From: an uncultured Elusimicrobium sp. | GTDB taxonomy: Bacteria; Elusimicrobiota; Elusimicrobia; Elusimicrobiales; Elusimicrobiaceae | Assembly: GCA_902767385.1 (NCBI GenBank) | Contig: CACXHA010000040.1 | Location: forward strand, 1 to 41,633 | Direction of reading: 5' to 3' | DNA length: 41,633 bases | Shown here: piece after piece, positions 18,751 to 27,594 of the stretch | Position numbering within the stretch: position 1 is the first letter of the stretch | Layout of the letters: every line of letters begins with the position of its first letter | Translations under genes and position numbers: made by a program | The notes under the pieces: model-generated | The model's database searches: none | The model's input: the letters and a program-made list of their open reading frames with translations, nothing else | What the model was told of the DNA's origin: nothing

Positions 18751-19683
18751 ATGAAAAAACTCATCCTATCCGTATTGCCCTTTGCGTTAGTGGCTTGCGG
18801 TGGACTGAACAAAAATACGGTCAGTTATCAAATGTCCAAATATGATGCCGATCGGTATTACCTAGTGGCAGGGGAAGCCAATACAAAACAAGAAGCCGCT
18901 GCCCATGCTACTAAACAAATGCAACAAGAAATTTTGCAACATACGCCTGCGTCCGGGCAAGATATTATTGAAGACCTCATGGCAAATGCCAAGGTAGAAA
19001 AAGTATGGAAAGATAAACAATCTCGGCAAAAGCATTATTTTGCTTTGTCCGTACTTCCACGTAACAAAGCCAACGCTGTGCTCGTACCGCTTTTAAACCA
19101 GGCCGATGCCCAACTTGCCGGTTTAGCCAGTCAATTTGCCACGCCGGCAGACCCTCTGTGGGACTTAAAAGTGGCCTACAAAATGCAACCCCTTGTAGAA
19201 CGTCGTTTAGCCCTAAACGACACCTACCAGTTTTTACAGGTGGACCGTTCCAGTTATATGCCGGAAACGTTTGCCCCCTACAAAACTATTTTTAAAGAAA
19301 AAATGGCTGCGGTTCTTGTGGGCGTGGATGTGGAAGGAGTGGAAAGCCGGGTGTTAGTAACTTACGTGGTAGATGCCCTCAATAAAATGGGCTTAGGAGT
19401 TGTGGACGAAACCGACCCGGACCAAGTGCTCTCTGTGAAAATTGAAACAGAAGTAGATAATTATTCCTCTAAAAAAGTAGATGGACTTATCTGGTGTTCT
19501 AGCGGCGCCACCATTAGTTTAGTGGATACGCAACGCGGGGTTACTTTCTCTCGCTTTAACGTGCACGAGCGCGCCGGCACTAGCCGCATGGAAGATTCCC
19601 TGCGCCGTAGTATGCAAGCGGTAGGAGAACAAACCGCTACTCAAATTTCTACACGGTTAGAAAATTATTTAAAAACAAAATAG
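18751..19683 (+). CDS. Hypothetical lipoprotein (LPP20-like N-terminus)
   Basis: Lipobox LVAC; YLVAGEA..KQEA helix pattern; GAGG RBS. Confidence 0.65.
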   Translation: MKKLILSVLPFALVACGGLNKNTVSYQMSKYDADRYYLVAGEANTKQEAAAHATKQMQQEILQHTPASGQDIIEDLMANAKVEKVWKDKQSRQKHYFALSVLPRNKANAVLVPLLNQADAQLAGLASQFATPADPLWDLKVAYKMQPLVERRLALNDTYQFLQVDRSSYMPETFAPYKTIFKEKMAAVLVGVDVEGVESRVLVTYVVDALNKMGLGVVDETDPDQVLSVKIETEVDNYSSKKVDGLIWCSSGATISLVDTQRGVTFSRFNVHERAGTSRMEDSLRRSMQAVGEQTATQISTRLENYLKTK

Positions 19684-19692
19684 GAGATTACT

Positions 19693-20367
19693 ATGAAAAA
19701 ACTTGCAATATTCGCTTTATTTTTCGCCCCTTTGTGGGTTATGGCCCAGGCAGCCCCCGCCGCTAACGATCCGGCAGAGCGCAATAAAATGCTTTATTCC
19801 TTAGGGTTTTTGTTAGGGGATAATCTTAAAAAACAACTTATTTTAGATAACGAAAACGATTACAAAGCCGTTTCCCAGGGAATGCGTGACAGTTTACTTA
19901 ATAAAGCCGCCCAAACCGATGTAGAAAAATACAAACCGCAGATTATCCAAAAATACCAAGAGGACGCCCGTCGTATTTCCGAAAAGCGCGAAGCCGCCCA
20001 GCAAGAATACTTGGAAAACTTCAAAAAAGAAAAAGGCGTGAAAGTACTAGACAACGGAGCCATGATCAAATTATCTAAAGCCGGCAAGGGTAAAAACCCT
20101 AAAGCCGATGATTCCGTCACCGTACACTATACGGGCACGCTTATTGACGGCACCAAATTTGATAGCTCACGGGATCGCGGGCAAGCCTTTACCACGCGTT
20201 TAACCGACGTTGTACCGTGCTGGACTAAAGCATTACAACAAATGAAACCCGGTTCCCAGGCCAAAATAGTATGCCCGGCCGATACTGCCTATGGCAACCG
20301 TCCGGTAGGCCCGATTCCGGCCAATTCTGTCTTGGTGTTTGATATTGAAGTTATAGACGTTAAATAA
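19693..20367 (+). CDS. fkpA: FKBP-type peptidyl-prolyl isomerase (FkpA/Mip-like)
   Basis: Signal peptide, YSLG N-domain, VTVHYTGTLIDGTKFDSS, AYG, IPANSVLVFDIE. Confidence 0.9.
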   Translation: MKKLAIFALFFAPLWVMAQAAPAANDPAERNKMLYSLGFLLGDNLKKQLILDNENDYKAVSQGMRDSLLNKAAQTDVEKYKPQIIQKYQEDARRISEKREAAQQEYLENFKKEKGVKVLDNGAMIKLSKAGKGKNPKADDSVTVHYTGTLIDGTKFDSSRDRGQAFTTRLTDVVPCWTKALQQMKPGSQAKIVCPADTAYGNRPVGPIPANSVLVFDIEVIDVK

Positions 20368-20369
20368 AC

Positions 20370-20981
20370 ATGTCTAAAACCAGTTATGCTTTAATTGCAG
20401 TGATGGTGTCCGCACTCTTGTATATGGGTGCGGCCCGACTGCATGAAAAATGGAAACAATATAAAGAAGCCCAAGATGCCGCCGCGCTTGCAACGACGGA
20501 GCCTTTTTCTTTTCAGCATAAGCCGCTCTCTTTGGCGGCTCCTCAAGTAACTCCCATGCAAGACCCGGTACAATACCAACCGCAATATCCACAAATTTAC
20601 TTAGAGGATACTCCCCCGGACACTGCTACCCAACAGCAACAGGCCCAATCTACTCTATTCTCTATTACGCAAGATTTTGATGCCGATTTAAAATCTTTCA
20701 ATCAAGATTTACAAGCTGCTACCCAAGGGCAAATACAAAACTTAGCTGATTTAAGTTCCCAAAATTTGGCGCAACTGGTACAAGAAAATCCACAAATTGT
20801 AAAAGTAGTTCAAAAACATTTAAATAATAAAGAATTTGCCGCCAAAATTAACGAAATCTTTTCCAATCCGCAATTTCAACAAAGTGTCCAACAACTCCAA
20901 CAGACTCCTGCCGGTTTACCGACTCCTCCCGCCCCGCAAACCCCGATTTTACCGGTCAGCCGCTTGACAGACTCCAACTAA
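20370..20981 (+). CDS. Hypothetical Gln-rich membrane-anchored protein
   Basis: 203-aa ORF, N-terminal TM, 2 nt after the fkpA stop. Confidence 0.7.
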   Translation: MSKTSYALIAVMVSALLYMGAARLHEKWKQYKEAQDAAALATTEPFSFQHKPLSLAAPQVTPMQDPVQYQPQYPQIYLEDTPPDTATQQQQAQSTLFSITQDFDADLKSFNQDLQAATQGQIQNLADLSSQNLAQLVQENPQIVKVVQKHLNNKEFAAKINEIFSNPQFQQSVQQLQQTPAGLPTPPAPQTPILPVSRLTDSN

Positions 20982-20982
20982 A

Positions 20983-21012
20983 GGACCTAGGTTCGTATAG
21001 GCCAAAGGACCC
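20983..21012. promoter_or_regulatory. Putative operator (GGCC-N4-GACC palindrome plus upstream half sites)
   Basis: GGACCTAGGTTC then TAGGCCAAAGGACCC, upstream of TATAAT (21041-21046) and AAGGAG RBS. Confidence 0.5.
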
Positions 21013-21060
21013 CTGTCAAACTGCCCAAAATTTTGTAAGCTATAATCACAAGGAGATATT

Positions 21061-21663
21061 ATGATTAAAATTTTACTCAAAACCCTGATTTTAGTGTGCA
21101 TTATTTTAAGCATTTACTTTATTGTAAACCCCTCTGCTTGTTCCAACTTAATGAGCGGAAAAGTGGTAAACTCCACAGAAAAGTTACCTACCTTTGTGCC
21201 AAAAGAACAAAACCACAGCGAACTGCTTACCCCCAAAGGAGACCAACCTTTACACCAAGAGGAAAAACCCGCTAAAACAGCTGTAGAAGAACAATCGGCC
21301 GAGCAACCCGAAAATACTGAAGAAGCCGCCGCAGATGCTCAAACGCAATCGACCGAACAACAACCCGAACAAACAGCGACTCCTGTTACGGATACCAATT
21401 CTCTGCAAACCCCTACCCCGGCTGAACAGAAACCGGGCTATAGTGTAGCGGAAATAGATTATGCCATTGCCAACCGTTATGTAGAGTTGGAAAACGAATA
21501 CATTAAACAGAAAAAAGATATGAAAAAAGCAGCTCAAGAAATTTCTTATATCGTTATGGACGATTTTGAAATGACCCCTTCGGAATGGGAAGCTTTCTTA
21601 CAACGCGCAACAGCGGATAACTTGTTTGAAAAAGTCCGCGCCGAACAAGCTGCCAAAAAATAA
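21061..21663 (+). CDS. Hypothetical membrane-anchored protein with an acidic disordered linker
   Basis: N-terminal TM, E/Q/T/P-rich linker, helical C-domain; TATAAT and AAGGAG upstream. Confidence 0.78.
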   Translation: MIKILLKTLILVCIILSIYFIVNPSACSNLMSGKVVNSTEKLPTFVPKEQNHSELLTPKGDQPLHQEEKPAKTAVEEQSAEQPENTEEAAADAQTQSTEQQPEQTATPVTDTNSLQTPTPAEQKPGYSVAEIDYAIANRYVELENEYIKQKKDMKKAAQEISYIVMDDFEMTPSEWEAFLQRATADNLFEKVRAEQAAKK

Positions 21664-21679
21664 TATCTTGCCAATACTC

Positions 21680-21709
21680 AAAAACCCCTAGCGAAATACT
21701 AGGGGTTTT
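21680..21709. terminator. Bidirectional terminator
   Basis: AAAACCCCTAG-CGAAATA-CTAGGGGTTTT between convergent genes. Confidence 0.88.
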
Positions 21710-21727
21710 ATTTATTGAAGAAATCAA

Positions 21728-22834
21728 TTATAACGTTTTTTCATATACGCGGTAGCGCTTGTACGGGTGACACCCGCACTCTTCTATCCCGCGTAGCATC
21801 CCCACATTGTCTTCAAGCACCCAAGAAAGCTCTGCCCAGTCCCACACAGCTACTCCATGCGTAACAATGTGCTTAATTAAAATAAGGTCAATTCCACGTT
21901 TCCTAAATTCCGGTAAGACGCCTAACATGATAAGCCGGGCATCTTTAATCCTTTTCCAAGTCCACAAGGCCTTAAGCACACGCCAGGGGTTACACAAACT
22001 ACCGCGCAAAATTTTAAGTACCCGGTTCATATTGGGAATGCAAATGTAGAAGCCAGCCGGCACTCCATTTTCCTCTAATACACACGTTCCTTCTAAACGC
22101 ACAATAGGTTTTAATTCGCGTACAATATCTTGCATTTCTTGTGCATCTAGCGGTACAAAGCCCCAGTTTTCACTCCAGGCTTTGTTATAAATTTCTCTTA
22201 TAATTTCGGCTTCTTTCTCTAAATTTTTAAGATCAAGACGACGTAAAGTAATGCCGCCTTTTTTTTCACATCGTTCACATATTTTTAGAAAACGAGGAGA
22301 AAATTGGTCATCCCTACTGCGCTTAAAAGCTAATAAATCTTTGGCTTTGGAAAAACCAGCTTTTTCAATTAAGTCCGCATAATAGGGATAGTTATAGGGC
22401 ATCATAATAGCGGGGATAGAATCAAACCCTTCCACCAATAGCCCGTAAGTATGGTTACTGGAAGGATTAGCCGGGCCACGCACCGTAGTTACCCCTTGTG
22501 CGCGCAAATATGCTTCCCCCACCTTGAATAAGGCCGTTGCAACCGCATCGTCATTGATACAGTCAAAAAAACCAAAAAAGCCCAAATTAGTATGGTGATA
22601 CTCGTTATATTTACGGTTTACAAGCACACAAAGGCGCCCGACGGGTTTACCACCTTCGTAAGCCATAAACAGCTTGCGTGTACTATGCCGCCAAAAGGGG
22701 TTATCTGCCCGCAATAATTTGTGGGTTTCTGCTTTGAGTTCCCCCACCCAGTATGGGTCATCTTTGTAGAGTTCAAACGGAAAGTCAATAAAAGCATTGA
22801 GGTCTTTTGACGTAATTTCTTTAATTTCCACCAT
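21728..22834 (-). CDS. GNAT-fold N-acyltransferase, bacterial ceramide synthase (bCerS)-like
   Basis: FIDFPFELYKDDPYWV, GFFGFFDC, GLLVEGFD, MMPYNYPYY, AWSENWGFVP, GVLPEFRKRG, ELSWVLEDN; directly follows the spt-like gene; start MVEIK with AGGAGG RBS. Confidence 0.75.
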   Translation of the reverse strand: MVEIKEITSKDLNAFIDFPFELYKDDPYWVGELKAETHKLLRADNPFWRHSTRKLFMAYEGGKPVGRLCVLVNRKYNEYHHTNLGFFGFFDCINDDAVATALFKVGEAYLRAQGVTTVRGPANPSSNHTYGLLVEGFDSIPAIMMPYNYPYYADLIEKAGFSKAKDLLAFKRSRDDQFSPRFLKICERCEKKGGITLRRLDLKNLEKEAEIIREIYNKAWSENWGFVPLDAQEMQDIVRELKPIVRLEGTCVLEENGVPAGFYICIPNMNRVLKILRGSLCNPWRVLKALWTWKRIKDARLIMLGVLPEFRKRGIDLILIKHIVTHGVAVWDWAELSWVLEDNVGMLRGIEECGCHPYKRYRVYEKTL

Positions 22835-22878
22835 AATCCCTCCTTGCAAAAACCCGCTTAAAGCGCGGGGCTTATAGA

Positions 22879-24069
22879 CTATTTAATGAGCCCAATGGCA
22901 CGGCCTGCAGTAGCAAAACTATCAATAATCTTCTGCACATGTGCCTCGGTATGTGTTGCCATTAACGTCAAGCGGATCAGTGCACGGCCGGGCGGCACCG
23001 CGGGGCTGACGACTGGGTTAGCAAAAATACCCATTTCATGTAAGGCGCGCCACATTTTAAAGCAGTTCTCGTTGCTGCCTACATGCACCGGCAAAATAGG
23101 CGTTGTACTGGTACCCAAATCATATCCTAAATCTTCCAACCCTTTTTTAAGCAAGGCCGTCAAGCGGAACAGATTGTCGCGGCGGGAAGTATCATTGGAA
23201 ATCAAATCCACCGCTTTGGAGATAGAAGCAATACAAGCCGGCGGCATAGAGGCCGAGAAAATTTGGCTGCGGGCATTGTGGCGCATGTAGTGGATAATCT
23301 CTTCGTCCCCTACTACAAAACCACCCACGGTGGCAAACGTCTTGGAACAGGTCCCCACAATGAGGTCCACTTCTCCGTTTTCTAATCCAAAGTATTCGCA
23401 TGTACCGCGCCCGGTCTTACCGATAATCCCCGTAGCATGGGCATCGTCTACCATAATGCGGGCCCCGTATTTCTTACCGATTTTTACAATTTCCGGTAAC
23501 GGACAAATATCCCCTTCCATGCTAAACACACCGTCCACGATGATGAGCTTGCCGGCTTCGGCGGGAAGTTTAGAAATGACACGTTCCAAATCAGCAGGGT
23601 CATTGTGTTTAAAGCGGGCCATTTCGCCGTCTGATAAGCGAACGCCATCCAAAATACTGGCGTGGTCCAATTTATCTACAATGGCATAATCCCCTTTTTT
23701 GATAAGAGAAGAAACAACCCCCAAATTCATTTGATATCCGGTAGCAAAAATGAGCCCGGCTTGTTTGCCTTTAAATTTGGCAATTTTTTGTTCCAACTCG
23801 TCAGCTAATTTGGTGTTTCCGTTTAATAAACGGCTGCCTGCTACACCCGTACCGTATTTTTGCACCGCCTCTAAAGCAGCTTTTTTCATCTCCGGGTCAT
23901 TGGCCAGGCCTAAATAGTTGTTAGAACCTGCCATGATGTAGGTTTTACCGTCCAACACTACTTCGGGCCCTTGTGCAGACTCAATTGGTTGGAAATAGCC
24001 ATAAATACCCATACGCATGGCTATTTTGGCATCTTTATAGTTGTAACACTTCTCAAAAATATCAGACAT
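22879..24069 (-). CDS. spt: PLP-dependent alpha-oxoamine synthase, most like serine palmitoyltransferase
   Basis: GIYGYFQPIES, GSNNYLGL, GSRLLNG, HASILDG, DGVFSMEGD, DDAH, GTCSKTF (PLP lysine), IFSASMPP. Confidence 0.75.
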   Translation of the reverse strand: MSDIFEKCYNYKDAKIAMRMGIYGYFQPIESAQGPEVVLDGKTYIMAGSNNYLGLANDPEMKKAALEAVQKYGTGVAGSRLLNGNTKLADELEQKIAKFKGKQAGLIFATGYQMNLGVVSSLIKKGDYAIVDKLDHASILDGVRLSDGEMARFKHNDPADLERVISKLPAEAGKLIIVDGVFSMEGDICPLPEIVKIGKKYGARIMVDDAHATGIIGKTGRGTCEYFGLENGEVDLIVGTCSKTFATVGGFVVGDEEIIHYMRHNARSQIFSASMPPACIASISKAVDLISNDTSRRDNLFRLTALLKKGLEDLGYDLGTSTTPILPVHVGSNENCFKMWRALHEMGIFANPVVSPAVPPGRALIRLTLMATHTEAHVQKIIDSFATAGRAIGLIK

Positions 24070-24088
24070 ATTTTCCTCGTGGACTAAA

Positions 24089-24559
24089 TTACTTCTTGCT
24101 ACTTACTTTTTTAATAATCCCGGTGGTACTGCGTCCCTTTAACAAAGCAAAACGCACTACTTTACCGGCAAATTCACGCCCGACAATTTCACTAGGCTTA
24201 TAATCGCCGCCCTTCACTAACACATCAGGTCGGACGGACTTAATTAAATTGTACGGTGTATCTTCATCAAAAATACACACGTACGAAACACTCTCTAGCG
24301 CCGCTAACACCAACGCGCGGTCCGCTTGTTTATTTACAGGGCGCGTTGGCCCTTTGAGACGGCGTACAGAATCGTCACTATTAAGACCCACTACTAAAAT
24401 ATCGCCTTTACTGCGTGAAAATTCCAAAACACTCACGTGCCCGGCATGTAAAATATCAAAACAACCGTTGGTAAACACAACCTTTTGGCCCGCCTTACGC
24501 GCAGCGGCCAACTTGGTTTTTAAAGCACGCAAAGAAACAATTTTATTTTTTGCCTTCAT
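24089..24559 (-). CDS. rfaE2: D-glycero-beta-D-manno-heptose 1-phosphate adenylyltransferase-like protein (RfaE domain II; cytidylyltransferase family)
   Basis: [40 protein letters not shown]. Confidence 0.85.
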   Translation of the reverse strand: MKAKNKIVSLRALKTKLAAARKAGQKVVFTNGCFDILHAGHVSVLEFSRSKGDILVVGLNSDDSVRRLKGPTRPVNKQADRALVLAALESVSYVCIFDEDTPYNLIKSVRPDVLVKGGDYKPSEIVGREFAGKVVRFALLKGRSTTGIIKKVSSKK

Positions 24560-25922
24560 CTTGTTTCATCATCCGTTCAATAAGCCCGGTATCCGTATTT
24601 CCCAGACGGAAATCTTCGTTGGCTAGAATTTTTTGGTGGAAAGGAATGGTTGTTTTTACGCCCCCAATCACAAATTCATTTAAGCAACGTTCGCTGCGTT
24701 TGAGTAGCTTTTCGCGGTTTGGCGCCGTTACAATGAGTTTAGCTATTAAACTATCGTAATAGCTGGGAATCGTGTACCCGCTATACATATGGCTATCTAC
24801 GCGCACGCCTAAACCGCCGGCCGGGATCCACTCCGTCAGCGTACCCGGACAAGGCATAAAGTTATGCGCGCTATCTTCCGCATTAATGCGGTGCTCAATA
24901 GCGTGGCAGCGCACTTTGCCGGCCTGGGCTTGCGTCAGCGTTAAAGGTTCGCCTTGGGCAATTTGAATTTGCATTTTAACTAAATCTTGCCCACACACCG
25001 CTTCTGTTACTGGATGTTCCACCTGTAGACGGGTGTTCACTTCCATAAAATAAAATTCTTTACTGGGCGCCATTAAAAATTCCACCGTACCCACCCCGCA
25101 ATACTTAGCCGCTTTGATAAGCTTAGCAGCTGCCTCTTGCAATTTTTGGCGGGTTTTAGCATCTACAAACGGGGACGGGGATTCTTCCACCAGTTTTTGA
25201 TGCCGCCGTTGCATACTGCAATCGCGCTCGGCAAAAGCAACCACGTTACCATAGTTATCGGCAGCCACTTGCACTTCAATATGGCGCGGATTTAAAACGA
25301 GTTTTTCAAAATAGACACGGTCATCGCCAAAGTTGGCGCGGGCTTCCCCTTGCGCGGTCTTCATCATAAGGTCCAAATCTTCTTCTTTAAAGCAAGCGCG
25401 CATTCCTTTGCCGCCGCCGCCCAACGTAGCTTTAATCATAATCGGAAACCCGATTTTTTTGGCTACTGCATGATAATTTTTACCCACAATTCCGTTAGAC
25501 CCGGGGGTTATCGGCACCCCCGCTTTAATGGCAATTTCACGTGCGGTTGATTTAACCCCTAACATTTCAATCGCCTGTGCGGTGGGACCGATAAACACCA
25601 TACCGGCCCGAGTAACGGCCTTGGCAAAATCTGCATTTTCAGATAAAAACCCATAACCCGGGTGTACCGCATCGGCGTGAGTAACTTTGGCAGCTGTTAC
25701 AAGGGCATCAATATCCAGGTAGCTCATAGAAGACGGAGCGGCCCCGATACAAATGGCCTCATCGGCCATACGCACATGTAAACTGTTGCGGTCTGCTTCG
25801 GAATATACCGCTACGGATTTAATATTCATTTCCTTAAGCGTACGAATGACACGCAAGGCAATTTCGCCGCGGTTAGCAATTAAAACTTTGTGGAAAGGAG
25901 TGATATTTACTAAATTAGGCAT
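24543..25922 (-). CDS. accC: Acetyl-CoA carboxylase, biotin carboxylase subunit
   Basis: [65 protein letters not shown]. Confidence 0.96.
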   Translation of the reverse strand: MPNLVNITPFHKVLIANRGEIALRVIRTLKEMNIKSVAVYSEADRNSLHVRMADEAICIGAAPSSMSYLDIDALVTAAKVTHADAVHPGYGFLSENADFAKAVTRAGMVFIGPTAQAIEMLGVKSTAREIAIKAGVPITPGSNGIVGKNYHAVAKKIGFPIMIKATLGGGGKGMRACFKEEDLDLMMKTAQGEARANFGDDRVYFEKLVLNPRHIEVQVAADNYGNVVAFAERDCSMQRRHQKLVEESPSPFVDAKTRQKLQEAAAKLIKAAKYCGVGTVEFLMAPSKEFYFMEVNTRLQVEHPVTEAVCGQDLVKMQIQIAQGEPLTLTQAQAGKVRCHAIEHRINAEDSAHNFMPCPGTLTEWIPAGGLGVRVDSHMYSGYTIPSYYDSLIAKLIVTAPNREKLLKRSERCLNEFVIGGVKTTIPFHQKILANEDFRLGNTDTGLIERMMKQDEGKK

Positions 25923-25924
25923 AC

Positions 25925-26299
25925 TTATTTCTCAATAAAAAATAGCGGCAAACCAAATTCAACCACACCGCCTTCTTGGGCGATTACTTTACGCAATTTC
26001 CCGCCGACGGGAGCCGTAAGAGCATGCTTTTTGGAAACCGTTTCCACCAGCCCCAAAGCGTCCCCTTCCCGCACCGTTTGGCCTTCGGTTAAGGTTAAAC
26101 TTTTACCTTTGTCCGCCATGTGATAAATGCCTACTGCCGGCGCGGTTACTGCGGTAAGTGAACAGGTATATTGGGCAGGTTCCGGCAACGCTTCCTCTGT
26201 TTTGATTTCAATACAATTGCCGTTTTGCTCGTAGCAAAATTCAGCTAAATCAGTGGTTTTCATCCAGTTAGTTACGTCGGAAATGAGTTTGGTGTCCAT
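25925..26299 (-). CDS. BCCP (AccB)-like biotinyl-domain protein lacking the EAMKM motif
   Basis: AccB-like N-terminus (DLAEFCYE), APAVGIY, GQTVREGDALGLVE, VEFGLPLFFI; motif position reads ETVSK; start MDTK with GAGGA RBS. Confidence 0.8.
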   Translation of the reverse strand: MDTKLISDVTNWMKTTDLAEFCYEQNGNCIEIKTEEALPEPAQYTCSLTAVTAPAVGIYHMADKGKSLTLTEGQTVREGDALGLVETVSKKHALTAPVGGKLRKVIAQEGGVVEFGLPLFFIEK

Positions 26300-26418
26300 A
26301 TAATTCCTCACAAAAATGCTTACAGGTATTTTACCATTTTTAACACCTCACACACAAACGCAACTAATCAATTTTTAACCCTGGGCAGAGATTTTTTATT
26401 TTGCCACACTAACAGTGT

Positions 26419-26892
26419 ATGAAAATGATAACACGCCTACTAAAAGTAGTATTGTGGCTGGCGCTGTGTCAGCTGCCTATGCTAGTCAGCATGCCGTTTG
26501 TGGACCCGAATATGACGTGGTATCACACGCTGACTAAGCCACCGCTTGTACCGCCGGATATGATTTTTGGGTTGGTATGGACGGTATTGTACTTAATGTT
26601 GGGGGTAGCAACGGCCCTTATTTTCTATCGGGGGGTAGAGGAAAAGCATCACATGGCCCTGTGGTTACTGGGGATTCAATTAGCACTAAATGCTTGTTGG
26701 ACACCGGTATTCTTTGGACTACACAATCTATCGTTGGCTTTAGCGGTAGTGGTGTTGATGTTAGCCGAAGGGTATTTTATGCACCGGGCTTATGCGAAAC
26801 ATAGTAAATTAGCGGCACTGATGTTGTGGCCGTACTGGTTGTGGCTGATATTTGCTACTTACTTGACTGCAGGTTTTTTAATGCTCAACTAG
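26419..26892 (+). CDS. tspO: TspO/MBR family tryptophan-rich sensory protein
   Basis: WYHTLTKP..PP..IFGLVWTVLY, QLALNACWTPVFF, PYWLWLIFATYL. Confidence 0.92.
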   Translation: MKMITRLLKVVLWLALCQLPMLVSMPFVDPNMTWYHTLTKPPLVPPDMIFGLVWTVLYLMLGVATALIFYRGVEEKHHMALWLLGIQLALNACWTPVFFGLHNLSLALAVVVLMLAEGYFMHRAYAKHSKLAALMLWPYWLWLIFATYLTAGFLMLN

Positions 26893-26917
26893 CTTGAGCA
26901 TAGGGGGTAGAATATAT

Positions 26918-26956
26918 AAAAGAACCCCGCGCGGTATGGGCGCGCGGGGTGTTTTA
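26918..26956. terminator. Bidirectional terminator
   Basis: ACCCCGCGCG-GTATGGG-CGCGCGGGGT flanked by A and T runs, between convergent genes. Confidence 0.82.
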
Positions 26957-26969
26957 TGGTGCACTTAAA

Positions 26970-27227
26970 TTATTTACGCAACCTCTTCACTAAATCAATT
27001 CCCATCGCAAGCGTCTTATATACTCCACTATCTACAAACGTGGATGCTTTTTCCAATAATTCAAATGTGCTTTGGGTTTTGTCCACTTTTTCAGCAGTTG
27101 TCAACGCTAAATACTCCGCGGCTTCGGCCGTCTTGGTAATTTGTAGTATGGCACGTACTACAAACACCACCAGTACCACAAAAGCTACGGTAGCAATTAA
27201 AGCACAAATTTGGTAAAAATCTAACAT
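26970..27227 (-). CDS. Small membrane protein, DUF948/YoxC-like
   Basis: Start reassigned to MLDFYQ (GGGAGG RBS); TM IATVAFVVLVVFVV followed by an amphipathic helix. Confidence 0.68.
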   Translation of the reverse strand: MLDFYQICALIATVAFVVLVVFVVRAILQITKTAEAAEYLALTTAEKVDKTQSTFELLEKASTFVDSGVYKTLAMGIDLVKRLRK

Positions 27228-27405
27228 AGTTCCCTCCCGTTTGGTCTTTTTTATTATTGTAATTACTTTTGTTCTTTCCGTCAAGGGGGAAAATGGTGTT
27301 AGACGGTAAAAAATAATTTTTAAAAATCCATAAACCCGGGCAGGGCCTAGGTCAAAATTGGATTTGCTTATTTTTTATATAAAAAAATATAGGTCCTCAA
27401 AAAAT

Positions 27406-27434
27406 TTGACAGGAGCGCGCTTATTAGTAATAAT
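27406..27434 (+). promoter_or_regulatory. Sigma70-type promoter upstream of nrdD
   Basis: TTGACA (27406-27411), 17-nt spacer, AATAAT (27429-27434). Confidence 0.65.
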
Positions 27435-27440
27435 TATTAT

Positions 27441-27578
27441 TAACAAGCTGTTTGCAGGTTTTTGGAAAAGTTCTATACATCCGTTTTACCGACGATAAAT
27501 GTAGCCCTTGCAAAAAGATTTGCAATTTTAGTTTGTTTATGTTTTAATCTTTATTACCGCGTTATGCGGCAATTTTTT
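27441..27578 (+). ncRNA. Putative structured leader or small RNA upstream of nrdD
   Basis: Nested pairings AACAAGCT/AGTTTGTT, TTGCAGGT/ATTTGCAA, TTTTG/CAAAA, TACAT/ATGTA, then CCGC-GTTAT-GCGG hairpin and T6. Confidence 0.4.
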
Positions 27579-27594
27579 ACTCAGGATGCAAACT

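Noticed and set aside
22879-24069. Annotation as bioF or kbl
   Set aside because: Not excluded, but there are no biotin or threonine-catabolism neighbours, and the N-terminal motif and adjacent bCerS-like gene favour Spt.
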